Shown: one piece after another, positions 1 through 8,979 of the stretch
Numbering within the stretch: position 1 is the first letter of the stretch
Layout of the letters: every line of letters starts with the position of its first letter
DNA from: Candidatus Hydrogenedentota bacterium
GTDB lineage: Bacteria; Hydrogenedentota; Hydrogenedentia; Hydrogenedentales; SLHB01
NCBI GenBank assembly: GCA_045863295.1
Contig: BTWA01000007.1
Span: 8,459-72,458 of the forward strand
Length of the DNA: 64,000 bases
Reading direction: 5' to 3'
Program-made: the position numbers and the translations under genes
Notes under the pieces: model-generated
Database searches by the model: none
Seen by the model: only the letters and a program-made list of their open reading frames with translations
Told to the model about the DNA's origin: nothing

Positions 1-10
1 GTTGTGGCAT

Positions 11-47
11 AAAAGTGAAATGCGCCGCAACGGGGATTGCAGCGCAC
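11..47 (-). terminator. Putative intrinsic terminator
   Basis: GUGCGCUGCAAU-CCCC-GUUGCGGCGCAU stem followed by a U-rich tract on the minus strand. Confidence 0.6.
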
Positions 48-238
48 TCAAGGAAGAAATACGTAGGGACTTGCGAGTCTCCGGACTGGCGGGATAGACC
101 AACCGGCGACTGTGCCGCTTAGGAGATTGGATAGGTCTCCTTGGCGGGAGAATGCGGCGAGGGATGAGCACCGCATTCCGTTTTCAACTGTCCGACATCC
201 GTGTCGAGTTGCCTTAGCATCCTTGCTTCGGCCTTGTA
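11..238 (-). ncRNA. Candidate sigma28-dependent structured sRNA (2 GGA-loop hairpins, 4 AUCC-loop hairpins, terminator)
   Basis: Lies downstream of a sigma28-type promoter (245-271). Hairpins on the minus strand at 216-227 (AGCA-AGGA-UGCU), 185-211 (CGACA-CGGA-UGUCG), 150-178, 115-147, 81-106 and 20-47, the last followed by UUUCACUUUU. Stems at 81-106 and 20-47 have G-U pairs on the minus strand that would be C-A mismatches on plus. The 5' end is estimated from the -10 position. Confidence 0.55.
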
Positions 239-244
239 CTCTGT

Positions 245-271
245 ATATCGGCCGGGTGGTTCAAAACTTTA
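245..271 (-). promoter_or_regulatory. Sigma28 (FliA/SigD) promoter
   Basis: Minus strand reads TAAA-N15-GCCGATAT, matching the FliA/SigD consensus TAAA-N15/16-GCCGATA(A/T). Confidence 0.75.
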
Positions 272-424
272 GCATTCCACAAGGGGTTGTGTGTTGATTC
301 GGAAATGGTTTTATCCGTTGGGGCAAGCTGGTACAATCTTCCTGAGGGTCGGGTCGCGCGCACGAATGGCGGAAGTGCCCTGCGGCCCATGGGTGTCCTT
401 TCCGGGGCAAGGGTAGGCGAACGC

Positions 425-1273
425 ATGAGCGTGGTTGTCTTTGGGGCCGGCGGTCAATTGGGCCGCGATCTCCTCCGTGTATTTTCCCGGACAGAGGACG
501 TGTTTCCCTATGACCATCACGACGTGGATATCACCAATCGCGATGCCGTGATGAAATGTATGCAGTCCGTTAATCCGGCTTGGGTCATTAATGCCGCCGC
601 CTATACCGACGTGGAAAAGTCGGAAGACGATCGAGACGCCGCGTTTCGAGTCAATGAAACCGGTGCTCGTGTCGTGGCGCAATGCGCGCATGTTCAGAAT
701 GTGCCGGTCGTTTACTTCAGCACGGATTTTGTTTTCGATGGAACGGCATACACTCCGTACGAACCCGAAGATGCCATTGAACCCCGAGGCGCGTATGCAC
801 AGTCAAAAGCCGCGGGCGAAGCCGCCGTGAGGTCGGTATCGCCCCGTCATTACATCGTGCGCACCGCGTGGTTGTACGGACCGGGAGGAAACAACTTTGT
901 AGAGAAGATACTGAATGCCGCCTCCGTACGGCCTTCGTTGCGCGTGGTTACAGACGAAATAGGCTCTCCGACGCATACGCTCGACTTGGCGCGTGCAACC
1001 GCCGCGCTCGTATGCACCGGACAGTACGGTACGTACCATGCCGTAAACGAAGGGAGTTGTTCCCGGTTCGCATTTGCGGAGTCAATCGTGCGCGAGGCCG
1101 GGCTCGCCACTCAAATTGAACCGTGTTTGGCGTCGGACTATCCGTCCAAAGCGCCGCGTCCATCGTATTCAGTGATGTCGAATGCCAAGTTGAAGGCTGC
1201 GTGCGGAATAGAGATGCCGCAATGGCAGACCGCTCTGGCTGAGTATATGAAGAGAAGGGAGATCCAGGAATGA
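425..1273 (+). CDS. rfbD: dTDP-4-dehydrorhamnose reductase
   Basis: GAGGQLG, NAAAYTDV, STDFVFDG, YAQSK, RTAWLY and GSPT motifs; start moved to the ATG at 425. Confidence 0.95.
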   Translation: MSVVVFGAGGQLGRDLLRVFSRTEDVFPYDHHDVDITNRDAVMKCMQSVNPAWVINAAAYTDVEKSEDDRDAAFRVNETGARVVAQCAHVQNVPVVYFSTDFVFDGTAYTPYEPEDAIEPRGAYAQSKAAGEAAVRSVSPRHYIVRTAWLYGPGGNNFVEKILNAASVRPSLRVVTDEIGSPTHTLDLARATAALVCTGQYGTYHAVNEGSCSRFAFAESIVREAGLATQIEPCLASDYPSKAPRPSYSVMSNAKLKAACGIEMPQWQTALAEYMKRREIQE

Positions 1274-2268
1274 AGCGCGTCGTGGTGACAGGTGGGGCAG
1301 GTTTTATCGGGTCCAACTTTGTCCGTTACATGTTGGCCACGTATCCGGAAGTGCACATTGTCAATGTGGACAAGCTTACGTATGCGGGCAATCTCGAAAA
1401 CTTGAAGGGAATCGACGAGTCGCGCCACACCTTTGTGAAGGCGGATATCGCCGATCCGGAAGCCATGGATCGGGCGATGGAAGGCGCCGACGCTATCGCG
1501 AGCTTCGCGGCCGACAGCCACGTCGACCGAAGCATCATGGAGGCCGCCGACTTCATCGCGACCAACGTCAAAGGGGTCCACAACATTCTTGAATCCGCCA
1601 AGAAACACGGGACCAAGCGGATACTGCTGGTCTCCACCGACGAAGTGTACGGCAGCATCGCGCAAGGCTCTTTCAAGGAAACCGATCCCGTCAATCCTCG
1701 AAATCCCTATTCCGCCAGCAAGGCCGGCGGTGAATTGCTTGGCATGTCGTATTTCCACACGTTTGGATTGCCGGTAATCATTACCCGAGGTTCCAACACA
1801 TACGGGCCGTATCAATACCCGGAGAAAGTATTACCTCTGTTTGTAACCAATGCCATCGACGGGGAGCCGCTTCCACTCTACGGCGACGGCAAAAATGTCC
1901 GGGACTGGCTATACGTCGAAGACCACTGCCGCGGCGTCGATCACGCTCTGCGCCATGGCACACCCGGAAATGTCTACAACGTCGCCGGCGAAAACGAACG
2001 GGAAAACGTCACGCTTACCCATCGAATCCTCGAACTCACGGGCCGGGGACACGATCTGATCAAACCTGTTGCGGACAGACCGGGTCACGACCGCCGGTAT
2101 TCGATTGATTCGACCAAGTTAAAGGCGCTCGGTTGGGAACCCAAAATGCCGTGGGACGACGGCGTCGCAAAGACCGTCGAGTGGTATCAACAGAACGAAT
2201 GGTGGTGGAGGCCCATCAAATCCGGTGCGTTCCGCGATTACTACCAGCGGCAATACGGAAACAGGTGA
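1270..2268 (+). CDS. rfbB: dTDP-glucose 4,6-dehydratase
   Basis: TGGAGFIGSNF, DKLTYAGN, SHVDRSI, STDEVYG, PYSASKA and RPGHDRRY motifs; ATGA overlap with rfbD. Confidence 0.97.
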   Translation: MKRVVVTGGAGFIGSNFVRYMLATYPEVHIVNVDKLTYAGNLENLKGIDESRHTFVKADIADPEAMDRAMEGADAIASFAADSHVDRSIMEAADFIATNVKGVHNILESAKKHGTKRILLVSTDEVYGSIAQGSFKETDPVNPRNPYSASKAGGELLGMSYFHTFGLPVIITRGSNTYGPYQYPEKVLPLFVTNAIDGEPLPLYGDGKNVRDWLYVEDHCRGVDHALRHGTPGNVYNVAGENERENVTLTHRILELTGRGHDLIKPVADRPGHDRRYSIDSTKLKALGWEPKMPWDDGVAKTVEWYQQNEWWWRPIKSGAFRDYYQRQYGNR

Positions 2269-2471
2269 AACAGTGGCTTGCCGCGGGTTGAAACCAGGAT
2301 GCTTGGCCAAAGGTCCAAGAAGCGGGCCTGAGGTAAATACCTTCAGGGAATTGGGTGTGGTTTGGATCGTGAATCAGAAGGGCAATCTACTGCGCCAGAG
2401 TATCGAACAGGCGGCCTGCCCAGACACTACTCAAGGCCGGGTTTCCCAAAGTAACCCTCGCGTATCGGGTT

Positions 2472-2501
2472 TTGACATGCCTGCCATGGTTTTGTCATAC
2501 T
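2472..2501 (+). promoter_or_regulatory. Putative sigma70 promoter
   Basis: TTGACA-N18-CATACT with an extended -10 TG, about 190 nt upstream of the SDR start. Confidence 0.45.
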
Positions 2502-2507
2502 CCCCCG

Positions 2508-2682
2508 ACTTTATGCCTGACTGCGGTTTTGCTGGCCAAACTGGCCAGTGCAACCGGGGGGATGGCATTCTGAGACGGACGCGAATCCACGCAATTCCAC
2601 GAGTTCTTATGGGATCGGGTTCGCGCCTTCTTTGGGGTGTGAACCGCCCTGTCATATGCAGTCAATCGCATTCAAGAGAGGA
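2508..2682 (+). promoter_or_regulatory. Structured 5' leader with alternative pairings (cis-regulatory RNA candidate)
   Basis: Hairpins at 2524-2556 and 2618-2645; long-range TGACTGC (2518-2524) with GCAGTCA (2658-2664); directly precedes the SD AGAGAGGA. Confidence 0.4.
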
Positions 2683-2688
2683 TCAAGC

Positions 2689-3870
2689 ATGAAGGGCAAG
2701 ACCGTGCTATTGACCGGGGCCACTGGCATTATGGGCAGTTGGGTCCTCGGCGAAGCCTTGGCGAAGGGCGTGCGTCCGGTAGTCATCATGAGGGACGAAA
2801 ACCCGCAACGCGCACAAGACCGAATCGACGCCGTGCTGCGCCTGATCGGCAAAGAGCAATACCGCGATCGTGTGCGCGTCGTCAAAGGTGATGCTTCGCG
2901 GCCAAATTTCGGGCTTGCGTCTGCGCTAGTCGATGAGTTTCGATCCACCTTGGACGCGGTCCTGCACTGCGCGGCGTCAACAAGCTTCAATCCCAGCGAC
3001 GATTCCGACATTTGGGCGACCAACGTCGAAGGTGTGTCCCATGTATTGAACTTCGTGCGCGGCACCGACATCACCCTGTACCACGTTAGTACCGCCTATA
3101 TCGCCGGAACCTATCCCGGACTGTCCCACGAAGACGTTCTTGATCGGCAACAGGAGTTCAACAATACCTACGAACGCAGCAAGTTCGAATCCGAAGGCAT
3201 GGTTCGGCGCGGCCTCAAGAACGGCGATTTCCAAGGGGCCATTTTCCGTCCGGCCATCATCGTCGGGGCCACTGATACGGGCAAGATCTCCGATTTCATG
3301 AACTTCTACGGGTTCTTGCGTATGGCCGATTTGGCCTCAACCCGCAAGGGTACCGGCAATACGATAGTGCGGGTAGAGGCAAGCCCCGATGTGCGGGTGA
3401 ATCTCGTTCCCGTGGATTGGACCGCCAAGGCGCTTTGGCACATTATCGAGGCTGAAGGCGCCAGCGGCCACGCCTACCATCTCACAAATCCCAACGCGCA
3501 CCCGGTCGGCGAATTGAAAGACTGGGTGAATACCTTGATTCACGATCAAGGCCTGCGATTCGAGTTGGTGGACCGTTTGGATGACGCCACCACAACGTTG
3601 GAAAACATTGCGCACAACGCGTTCAGGCACTACCGGTGCTACCTGAAACAGCAACCGGATTTCGACCGGACCAATACCGATCGCGCCCTAAATGGAACGC
3701 TTCCGTTTCCGGAAATTGGCCCTGACACCTACAGCGTACTCCTGGATTACGCGCGCTCACAGCGTTGGAAAGGCATCTTCGCCAATTCCAAAGTCTCGGC
3801 AAACGGACACACCGGCAGTGGTCGCCGCATCTCGACCGACTACACCCCGGCCGCTGCTGTGGCAAATTAA
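2689..3870 (+). CDS. Extended SDR oxidoreductase (NAD_binding_4 / fatty acyl- or thioester-reductase-like)
   Basis: LLTGATGIMG, HCAASTSF, HVSTAYIAG, NTYERSK, FRPAIIVG and NLVPVDW motifs; SD upstream. Confidence 0.85.
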   Translation: MKGKTVLLTGATGIMGSWVLGEALAKGVRPVVIMRDENPQRAQDRIDAVLRLIGKEQYRDRVRVVKGDASRPNFGLASALVDEFRSTLDAVLHCAASTSFNPSDDSDIWATNVEGVSHVLNFVRGTDITLYHVSTAYIAGTYPGLSHEDVLDRQQEFNNTYERSKFESEGMVRRGLKNGDFQGAIFRPAIIVGATDTGKISDFMNFYGFLRMADLASTRKGTGNTIVRVEASPDVRVNLVPVDWTAKALWHIIEAEGASGHAYHLTNPNAHPVGELKDWVNTLIHDQGLRFELVDRLDDATTTLENIAHNAFRHYRCYLKQQPDFDRTNTDRALNGTLPFPEIGPDTYSVLLDYARSQRWKGIFANSKVSANGHTGSGRRISTDYTPAAAVAN

Positions 3871-3899
3871 ACGCGTCAAAGTACAAGTCGGAATTCCTG

Positions 3900-3930
3900 A
3901 ATGCTCCGGTCAAACCGGGGCATTTTCTAT
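3900..3930 (+). terminator. Putative intrinsic terminator
   Basis: AATGCTCCGGT-CAA-ACCGGGGCATT followed by a T-rich tail after the SDR gene. Confidence 0.55.
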
Positions 3931-5571
3931 TCATGCGCGTGTGACCCGTATTCCTTCCGGAGCGGTAACTTCGCTCATGACGCTTCCATCCGCATGTCGC
4001 GTGTGCGATACCGTGATAAGTCCATGCGGGGTAGGCAGCGCCCCCTTGGCCCATTGCAGATCGCCCAGATTCGGCTTGACGAGCACGCTCTCAAATCCCG
4101 GCGCCAGCGGCTTGATACCTAATACATGTTCCGACATCCACGCTGTCGGCCCTGCCGCCCAGCCATGGCACAGGCTGTGGCGCAAGCCAACGTAACAATA
4201 GTCGCCGAAGTCAGCGTGGATATCCTTCTTGCCGTCCGGGGTGATGGCATCGATTGTCCCGCAGTTCCGGGTCCAATCAAGGTTGAAGTCTTCCCAGAAT
4301 GTGGTCGCGCCGAGTTTTAGCATTGTGCCCCAATAATGGCGAATCACATCCAGACAGCCCTGATAGTCGCCTGCTTCCGCCCGGGCCTGAAGAACGTAAT
4401 AGCCGTAGAACGTCGAGATGCCCGAATACTGACCCGCCGCGAGGATATCGGCGTTAATTTCCTTTGTGTCGGCGACCCCGGCCAGCGCCATGAGCGCGCT
4501 GGCTTGTTTGCTTGCCGTTCGAGCAGGAGTATGCAATTGAAGCGAATTGGCCGCGGCGAGGCACTCGTTTTGCCCTTGCGGTTCTTCCAGTGCATAACAC
4601 AGATCGGCCGCCGCACGAAACGCAATGATGAGCAAGGAGTGAAGACCCGCATGAATAGCGGCCGGATCTTCGCTGCTGGGCCAGTCGAGAAATCGATGGC
4701 CCTCCAGCTTCTCGCTGTGATCCGGCCCAATGCAGGCATGCAGTTGCTTGAGTAACCCCATCAGATATTCGCGCTGTTGCGCGAGATAGTCTTTGTCCGC
4801 ATGATAGAAATACCAGCACTGCTGAATAATAATCCACCAAAGCGAATAGGAACTGATTCCATTCATCCAACCTGGAAGTGGCGTCTTGTCCCGCACCCAA
4901 TCCAGGCTGTCAGGCACGACATCTACATGGCCAAACACCGTGTTGATGACCATTGTCTCCGGATGCATGTCGCCTATCCAGACGAGTCGGTCGCGCTTGA
5001 TGCCGTCCCAAACATGCTCCTGCATGCAGAGGTGCACCGTATAGGCGCCGGTATTCCAAATCGTATTCAGTAACGGATCACTGCACTCAAAGCGGCCCAA
5101 ATAGGGCAAGTCGCGATACAAAAAGACGGCTTCGACCTTTACAAGATCGAGCCGGCTCCCAGGTTCAACCAAATCTATACGTACAAATCGAAATCCCGTA
5201 TTGCCGATCTCTGTGCTGCCGTACCATGGTATCTCGCAAAGGATGTTGTGTATGGCGTGATCGTTGTTCGGCGTGCCCATGGCCTCGCTGACAGATTCGC
5301 CAAAACGCACGCGGACCTTTACCGGGGCCTGCACAGGCGTGATGAAGTTGGTGATTTTGATGCCGCCATGCAGTTCGCGGCCAAAATCCAGCAGCATACC
5401 CGGTGCCTCGGCGCTCTTAAACTCCATTACGCAAGTGCCAATATTCGGATCCGGGCTCAGCAGGCGTTCCGTATTGTGCGGCCCGGATTCGTCGTTCGTC
5501 GACCACACAATTCGCGTGGGGAGGAGGTAGTCCCGAACACGGGGATCGCGGCGTCCGTTGTGTTGCAACAT
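3931..5571 (-). CDS. Alpha-L-rhamnosidase-like glycoside hydrolase (GH78, short form)
   Basis: LDFGRE, GFRFVRI, DGIKRDRLVWIGD, GATTFWE, SLCHGW and PTPHG motifs. Confidence 0.85.
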   Translation of the reverse strand: MLQHNGRRDPRVRDYLLPTRIVWSTNDESGPHNTERLLSPDPNIGTCVMEFKSAEAPGMLLDFGRELHGGIKITNFITPVQAPVKVRVRFGESVSEAMGTPNNDHAIHNILCEIPWYGSTEIGNTGFRFVRIDLVEPGSRLDLVKVEAVFLYRDLPYLGRFECSDPLLNTIWNTGAYTVHLCMQEHVWDGIKRDRLVWIGDMHPETMVINTVFGHVDVVPDSLDWVRDKTPLPGWMNGISSYSLWWIIIQQCWYFYHADKDYLAQQREYLMGLLKQLHACIGPDHSEKLEGHRFLDWPSSEDPAAIHAGLHSLLIIAFRAAADLCYALEEPQGQNECLAAANSLQLHTPARTASKQASALMALAGVADTKEINADILAAGQYSGISTFYGYYVLQARAEAGDYQGCLDVIRHYWGTMLKLGATTFWEDFNLDWTRNCGTIDAITPDGKKDIHADFGDYCYVGLRHSLCHGWAAGPTAWMSEHVLGIKPLAPGFESVLVKPNLGDLQWAKGALPTPHGLITVSHTRHADGSVMSEVTAPEGIRVTRA

Positions 5572-5576
5572 GGCGG

Positions 5577-6518
5577 TTACTTCTCCTTATGCGAGGCAAC
5601 CCAAATCTTCGCTTGGCCCGGATGGTCCGTGAAGATACCATCCACGCCGAACGTGGCGAAAAACTGGCGTAGCTCGTCCTCAAAACTGCCCATGGTTTGC
5701 GGTACCTGGTCGGCACGAAGTGTGTAGGGATGAACCTTCAAATTCGCCGCGTGCGCCCATTTCACGACCTCCGGATTTTTTACAATACGGCCCTTGTCCG
5801 GTCCAATGCCCTGCGCATACGCGGCTATCGCTTTCAATCCGTCCTGCGTCACCATGCCATCCTGAATCACTCCGCCCGAAATCAGTTGTATCATCTGCGC
5901 CTTGCATCCCATTTCGCCGCGAAGCCGTTTTAAGGCATCAGGTTCAAAGCACTGAACGAAAATCGGAGCGTCCAGCCGATCCAAATTGTGGGCCCGGATA
6001 ATCTCCAGGAACGCCGCCTCCATGGGCAAACCCTGTTCCGCATGCCAACTAGGCTCTTTCAGTTCGGGATACACACCCGCGTTCCTCCCCGCCGAAGTGT
6101 TCAGCGCCTCAACCGTTTTCAACATCTCTTCAAACGTAGGCACTTCAAAATACAGCGCATCTTGAGGAAAGCGGTTTGCCAAACGCTCATGTACGCGAAG
6201 TGTCTTAATTTCAGCGAGCGTGAAATCCGCTGCATACCAGCGACCGTCATCTCGCTTGCGATCGGGAAATACCTCCTCCACGTTCGTCGTAGCCTCAAGA
6301 TGTATGTCGTGCAAACAGATGAACGTGCCATCCTTCGTCAGGACAAGGTCCGGTTCGATGTAGTCTGCCCCCTGGGCATGCGCAACGGCATACGCGGCCA
6401 ACGTATGTTCGGGCAAGTGTCCGCTCGCGCCACGGTGCGCGATAATTATCGGGTCGGCGGAGGCTGCGATCCCCGCCAGAAGACCCGGAATACAGCATAC
6501 AAGTACGGTCCGAATCAT
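5577..6518 (-). CDS. glpQ: Glycerophosphodiester phosphodiesterase
   Basis: IIAHRGASGHLPEHT, YIEPDLVLTKDG, HD, YPELK and GIFTDHP motifs; signal peptide; GGAG SD before ATG 6518. Confidence 0.9.
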   Translation of the reverse strand: MIRTVLVCCIPGLLAGIAASADPIIIAHRGASGHLPEHTLAAYAVAHAQGADYIEPDLVLTKDGTFICLHDIHLEATTNVEEVFPDRKRDDGRWYAADFTLAEIKTLRVHERLANRFPQDALYFEVPTFEEMLKTVEALNTSAGRNAGVYPELKEPSWHAEQGLPMEAAFLEIIRAHNLDRLDAPIFVQCFEPDALKRLRGEMGCKAQMIQLISGGVIQDGMVTQDGLKAIAAYAQGIGPDKGRIVKNPEVVKWAHAANLKVHPYTLRADQVPQTMGSFEDELRQFFATFGVDGIFTDHPGQAKIWVASHKEK

Positions 6519-6710
6519 GAGTTGCGGCTCCAAGTGTTGACGCGAATTCAAAGTCGCTACTCTACACCATTAGGAAGAAGCCGCCAAAGTAACGAAGAGG
6601 TCAGCCGCGAATTCCACTTGCGTTTTGCGGCCCAACGTGATTTGATGGATTAAGTTTGCGCCGGCGGGATATGGGGGCATAGCCCGGCCAGGCGCCCGGG
6701 GGGTCCGGCC

Positions 6711-7505
6711 ATGCGCCCAGTTGCTCTGCTCCTTTGCGCCCTGCCCTTGTTGTCTGTGGCCTCATCCGATACGCCAGTCCGTGTACTCATCCTGTCCGGC
6801 CAGAACAATCATGACTGGAAAACCACGACGCCGTTCATGGAACAAATGTTTGATGAAAGTGAACGATTCGCCGCCGACGTCATGGAAGATCCGTCGAAAC
6901 TGACCGCGGAGTTTCTGGCCCCTTATGATGTGATCGTGAGCAACTGGAGCGCATATCCCGCAATGACCGGCCGGCAATGGGGGCCTGTAGCCGAGCAAGC
7001 ACTCATCGAGTTTGTACGGAATGGAAAGGGTTTCGTGCTGGTCCATGCCGCAACGGCATGCTTCTCCGATTGGCCCGAATTCCAGGAAATGGCGGGATGT
7101 ACCTGGGGAGACGCGTCAGGACACGGCAAAGTGCATGCGTTTGCAGTGAACATCAAGGACGCGGAACATCCGATCGCAGTAGGGATGTCTGCGTTCATAA
7201 CGCAACCCGACGAACTCTATCATCGGCTTACACCCCAGCCGTCGATGCACGTAGTGTGCGAAGCCTATTCCGATCCCGAAATGAAAGGCACGGGTCAGTA
7301 TGAGCCGGTGGCCGTGGTCACAAATTATGGCAAAGGACGCTGTTTCTACAACATACTGGGTCACAACGTGGCGGCAATGGACGGCCCCGGCTGGCGCACA
7401 TTGATGCTGCGGGGCACGGAATGGGCTGCCACCGATAATGTGACAATTCCGATTCCGCAGCCCTGGCCGTCCGCGAAAGTAAATAATCCTCCAGCGACTG
7501 AATAG
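6711..7505 (+). CDS. ThuA (trehalose utilization)-like domain protein, secreted
   Basis: VLILSGQNNHDW, GKGFVLVH, DELYH, YGKGRCFYNILGH and RGTEWAA motifs; signal peptide. Confidence 0.85.
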   Translation: MRPVALLLCALPLLSVASSDTPVRVLILSGQNNHDWKTTTPFMEQMFDESERFAADVMEDPSKLTAEFLAPYDVIVSNWSAYPAMTGRQWGPVAEQALIEFVRNGKGFVLVHAATACFSDWPEFQEMAGCTWGDASGHGKVHAFAVNIKDAEHPIAVGMSAFITQPDELYHRLTPQPSMHVVCEAYSDPEMKGTGQYEPVAVVTNYGKGRCFYNILGHNVAAMDGPGWRTLMLRGTEWAATDNVTIPIPQPWPSAKVNNPPATE

Positions 7506-7556
7506 TAGGCACGAACGCTGTCTCCCCCAGGACGGCCTTAATCGGGAGACTTCGCC

Positions 7557-8861
7557 ATGAGAACCCATACTTTCCTTACCCGCCGTTGCTTCCTGGGGTC
7601 GGCAGCCGCTGGTGCGGCCCTGCTTGCGTTGCCCGCGCACGCGAAACCGAAGCCATCGGATCAAATCGGCGTGGGATTCATCGGCGTGGGGGATAGGGGA
7701 AGTTACATTCTGGGAAGCGCGCTTGAACTGCCCGAGGCACGGGTATTGGCCGTGGCTGATGTGAAGCGTGACCGACGTGAAAAGGCCGTGCAGACAATCA
7801 ACGAACGCTACTCCAATTCCGACTGCAAAGCCTACAACGAATTTGAAGAACTAATCGCGCGAGACGATATCGACGCGATTGTCGTTGCATCGTGCGATCA
7901 CTGGCACGTGCTTCATGCTTTGGCTGCCGTGCGCGCGGGTAAAGACGTTTACGTGGAAAAGCCGCTCGGAGTCAGCATTGAACAAATCAAGGCGTTACGG
8001 AAAGCCGTGCGGCGCCGCAAACGCATCTTCCAATTCGGCACGCAACAGCGCTCCGACGAACGATTCCGGCTCGCCTGTGAACTCGTGCGCAACGGCCGCA
8101 TAGGACAGTTGAAGTCAATCAAAGTTTGGTCTCCTTCAAGCGCCTCGGGCGGTCCCACAAACCATGTGCCCGTGCCGGAGACCCTTGACTACAATCGCTG
8201 GATTGGCCCCGCGCCTTTTACCCCCTACACCCAGGATCGCGAGACAAATCAATGGTGGTGGTTTATTTCGGATTATGCCCTCGGGTTCATCGCAGGCTGG
8301 GGAATTCATCCGATGGATATCGCGTTATGGGGGGCCGGCGATTTGGCGGCATCGCCTGTCGTGGTTCAAGGTACCGGCGAGTTTCCCCGGGAGGGAGTGT
8401 GCAATACCGCCACGAAATGGGATATCACACATACATACGACAACGGATTGACCATCCAGTTCGCTTCCATGCCGGCAAAAGAGGAATGGAAACTGCGATA
8501 CGGTGAGGTGGCGGAACACGGAACCGCATTCGAGGGCTCCGAAGGTTGGATTATTGTGGACAGGCGTCACATCAAGACGTATCCCGAGTCGGTGGCAACC
8601 GCTCCCTTCAATGCGAATGACTATCGTCTGCCGGGCAGCAATCACCATCTCCGCAATTTCCTGAATTCGGTGAAGTCGCGCCAAGACCCCGTGAGCCCAA
8701 TTGAAGAGTCCGTACAAAGCGACATTGCCTGCCACGTCGCGGACATCGCGATCCGCTTACAACGCCCGGTCCGTTGGGACAACGCAAAAGAGCGGTTTAT
8801 CGATGATGCCGAAGCCAATGCGCGACTGACTCGCCCCATGCGCGAACCTTGGACCTTATAG
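7557..8861 (+). CDS. Tat-exported Gfo/Idh/MocA oxidoreductase
   Basis: TRRCFL twin-arginine motif; GVGDRG, DHWH, DVYVEKP, GTQQRS and WGIHPMD motifs. Confidence 0.9.
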   Translation: MRTHTFLTRRCFLGSAAAGAALLALPAHAKPKPSDQIGVGFIGVGDRGSYILGSALELPEARVLAVADVKRDRREKAVQTINERYSNSDCKAYNEFEELIARDDIDAIVVASCDHWHVLHALAAVRAGKDVYVEKPLGVSIEQIKALRKAVRRRKRIFQFGTQQRSDERFRLACELVRNGRIGQLKSIKVWSPSSASGGPTNHVPVPETLDYNRWIGPAPFTPYTQDRETNQWWWFISDYALGFIAGWGIHPMDIALWGAGDLAASPVVVQGTGEFPREGVCNTATKWDITHTYDNGLTIQFASMPAKEEWKLRYGEVAEHGTAFEGSEGWIIVDRRHIKTYPESVATAPFNANDYRLPGSNHHLRNFLNSVKSRQDPVSPIEESVQSDIACHVADIAIRLQRPVRWDNAKERFIDDAEANARLTRPMREPWTL

Positions 8862-8979
8862 GCCCAAGACGCGAAATCGGCCAGTCCCTGCTTTTGCATC
8901 CAACCCCGGCTGCATGCTACACTTCCATGATTTTTTGAAGCATTTTATGCGCTTTTTTGCGCTCGAATAGGGGGTTGCC

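Noticed and set aside
119..220. 33-aa minus-strand ORF inside the sRNA candidate
   Set aside because: No properly spaced SD, the ATG lies in a hairpin stem, and the peptide is unrecognisable; not excluded without ribosome profiling
2513..2671. TPP or ZMP/ZTP riboswitch call for the SDR leader
   Set aside because: Only fragments match; the TPP CCUGAU/GCGUAGG core and the ZTP CGCCUGGGCA 3' stem are absent
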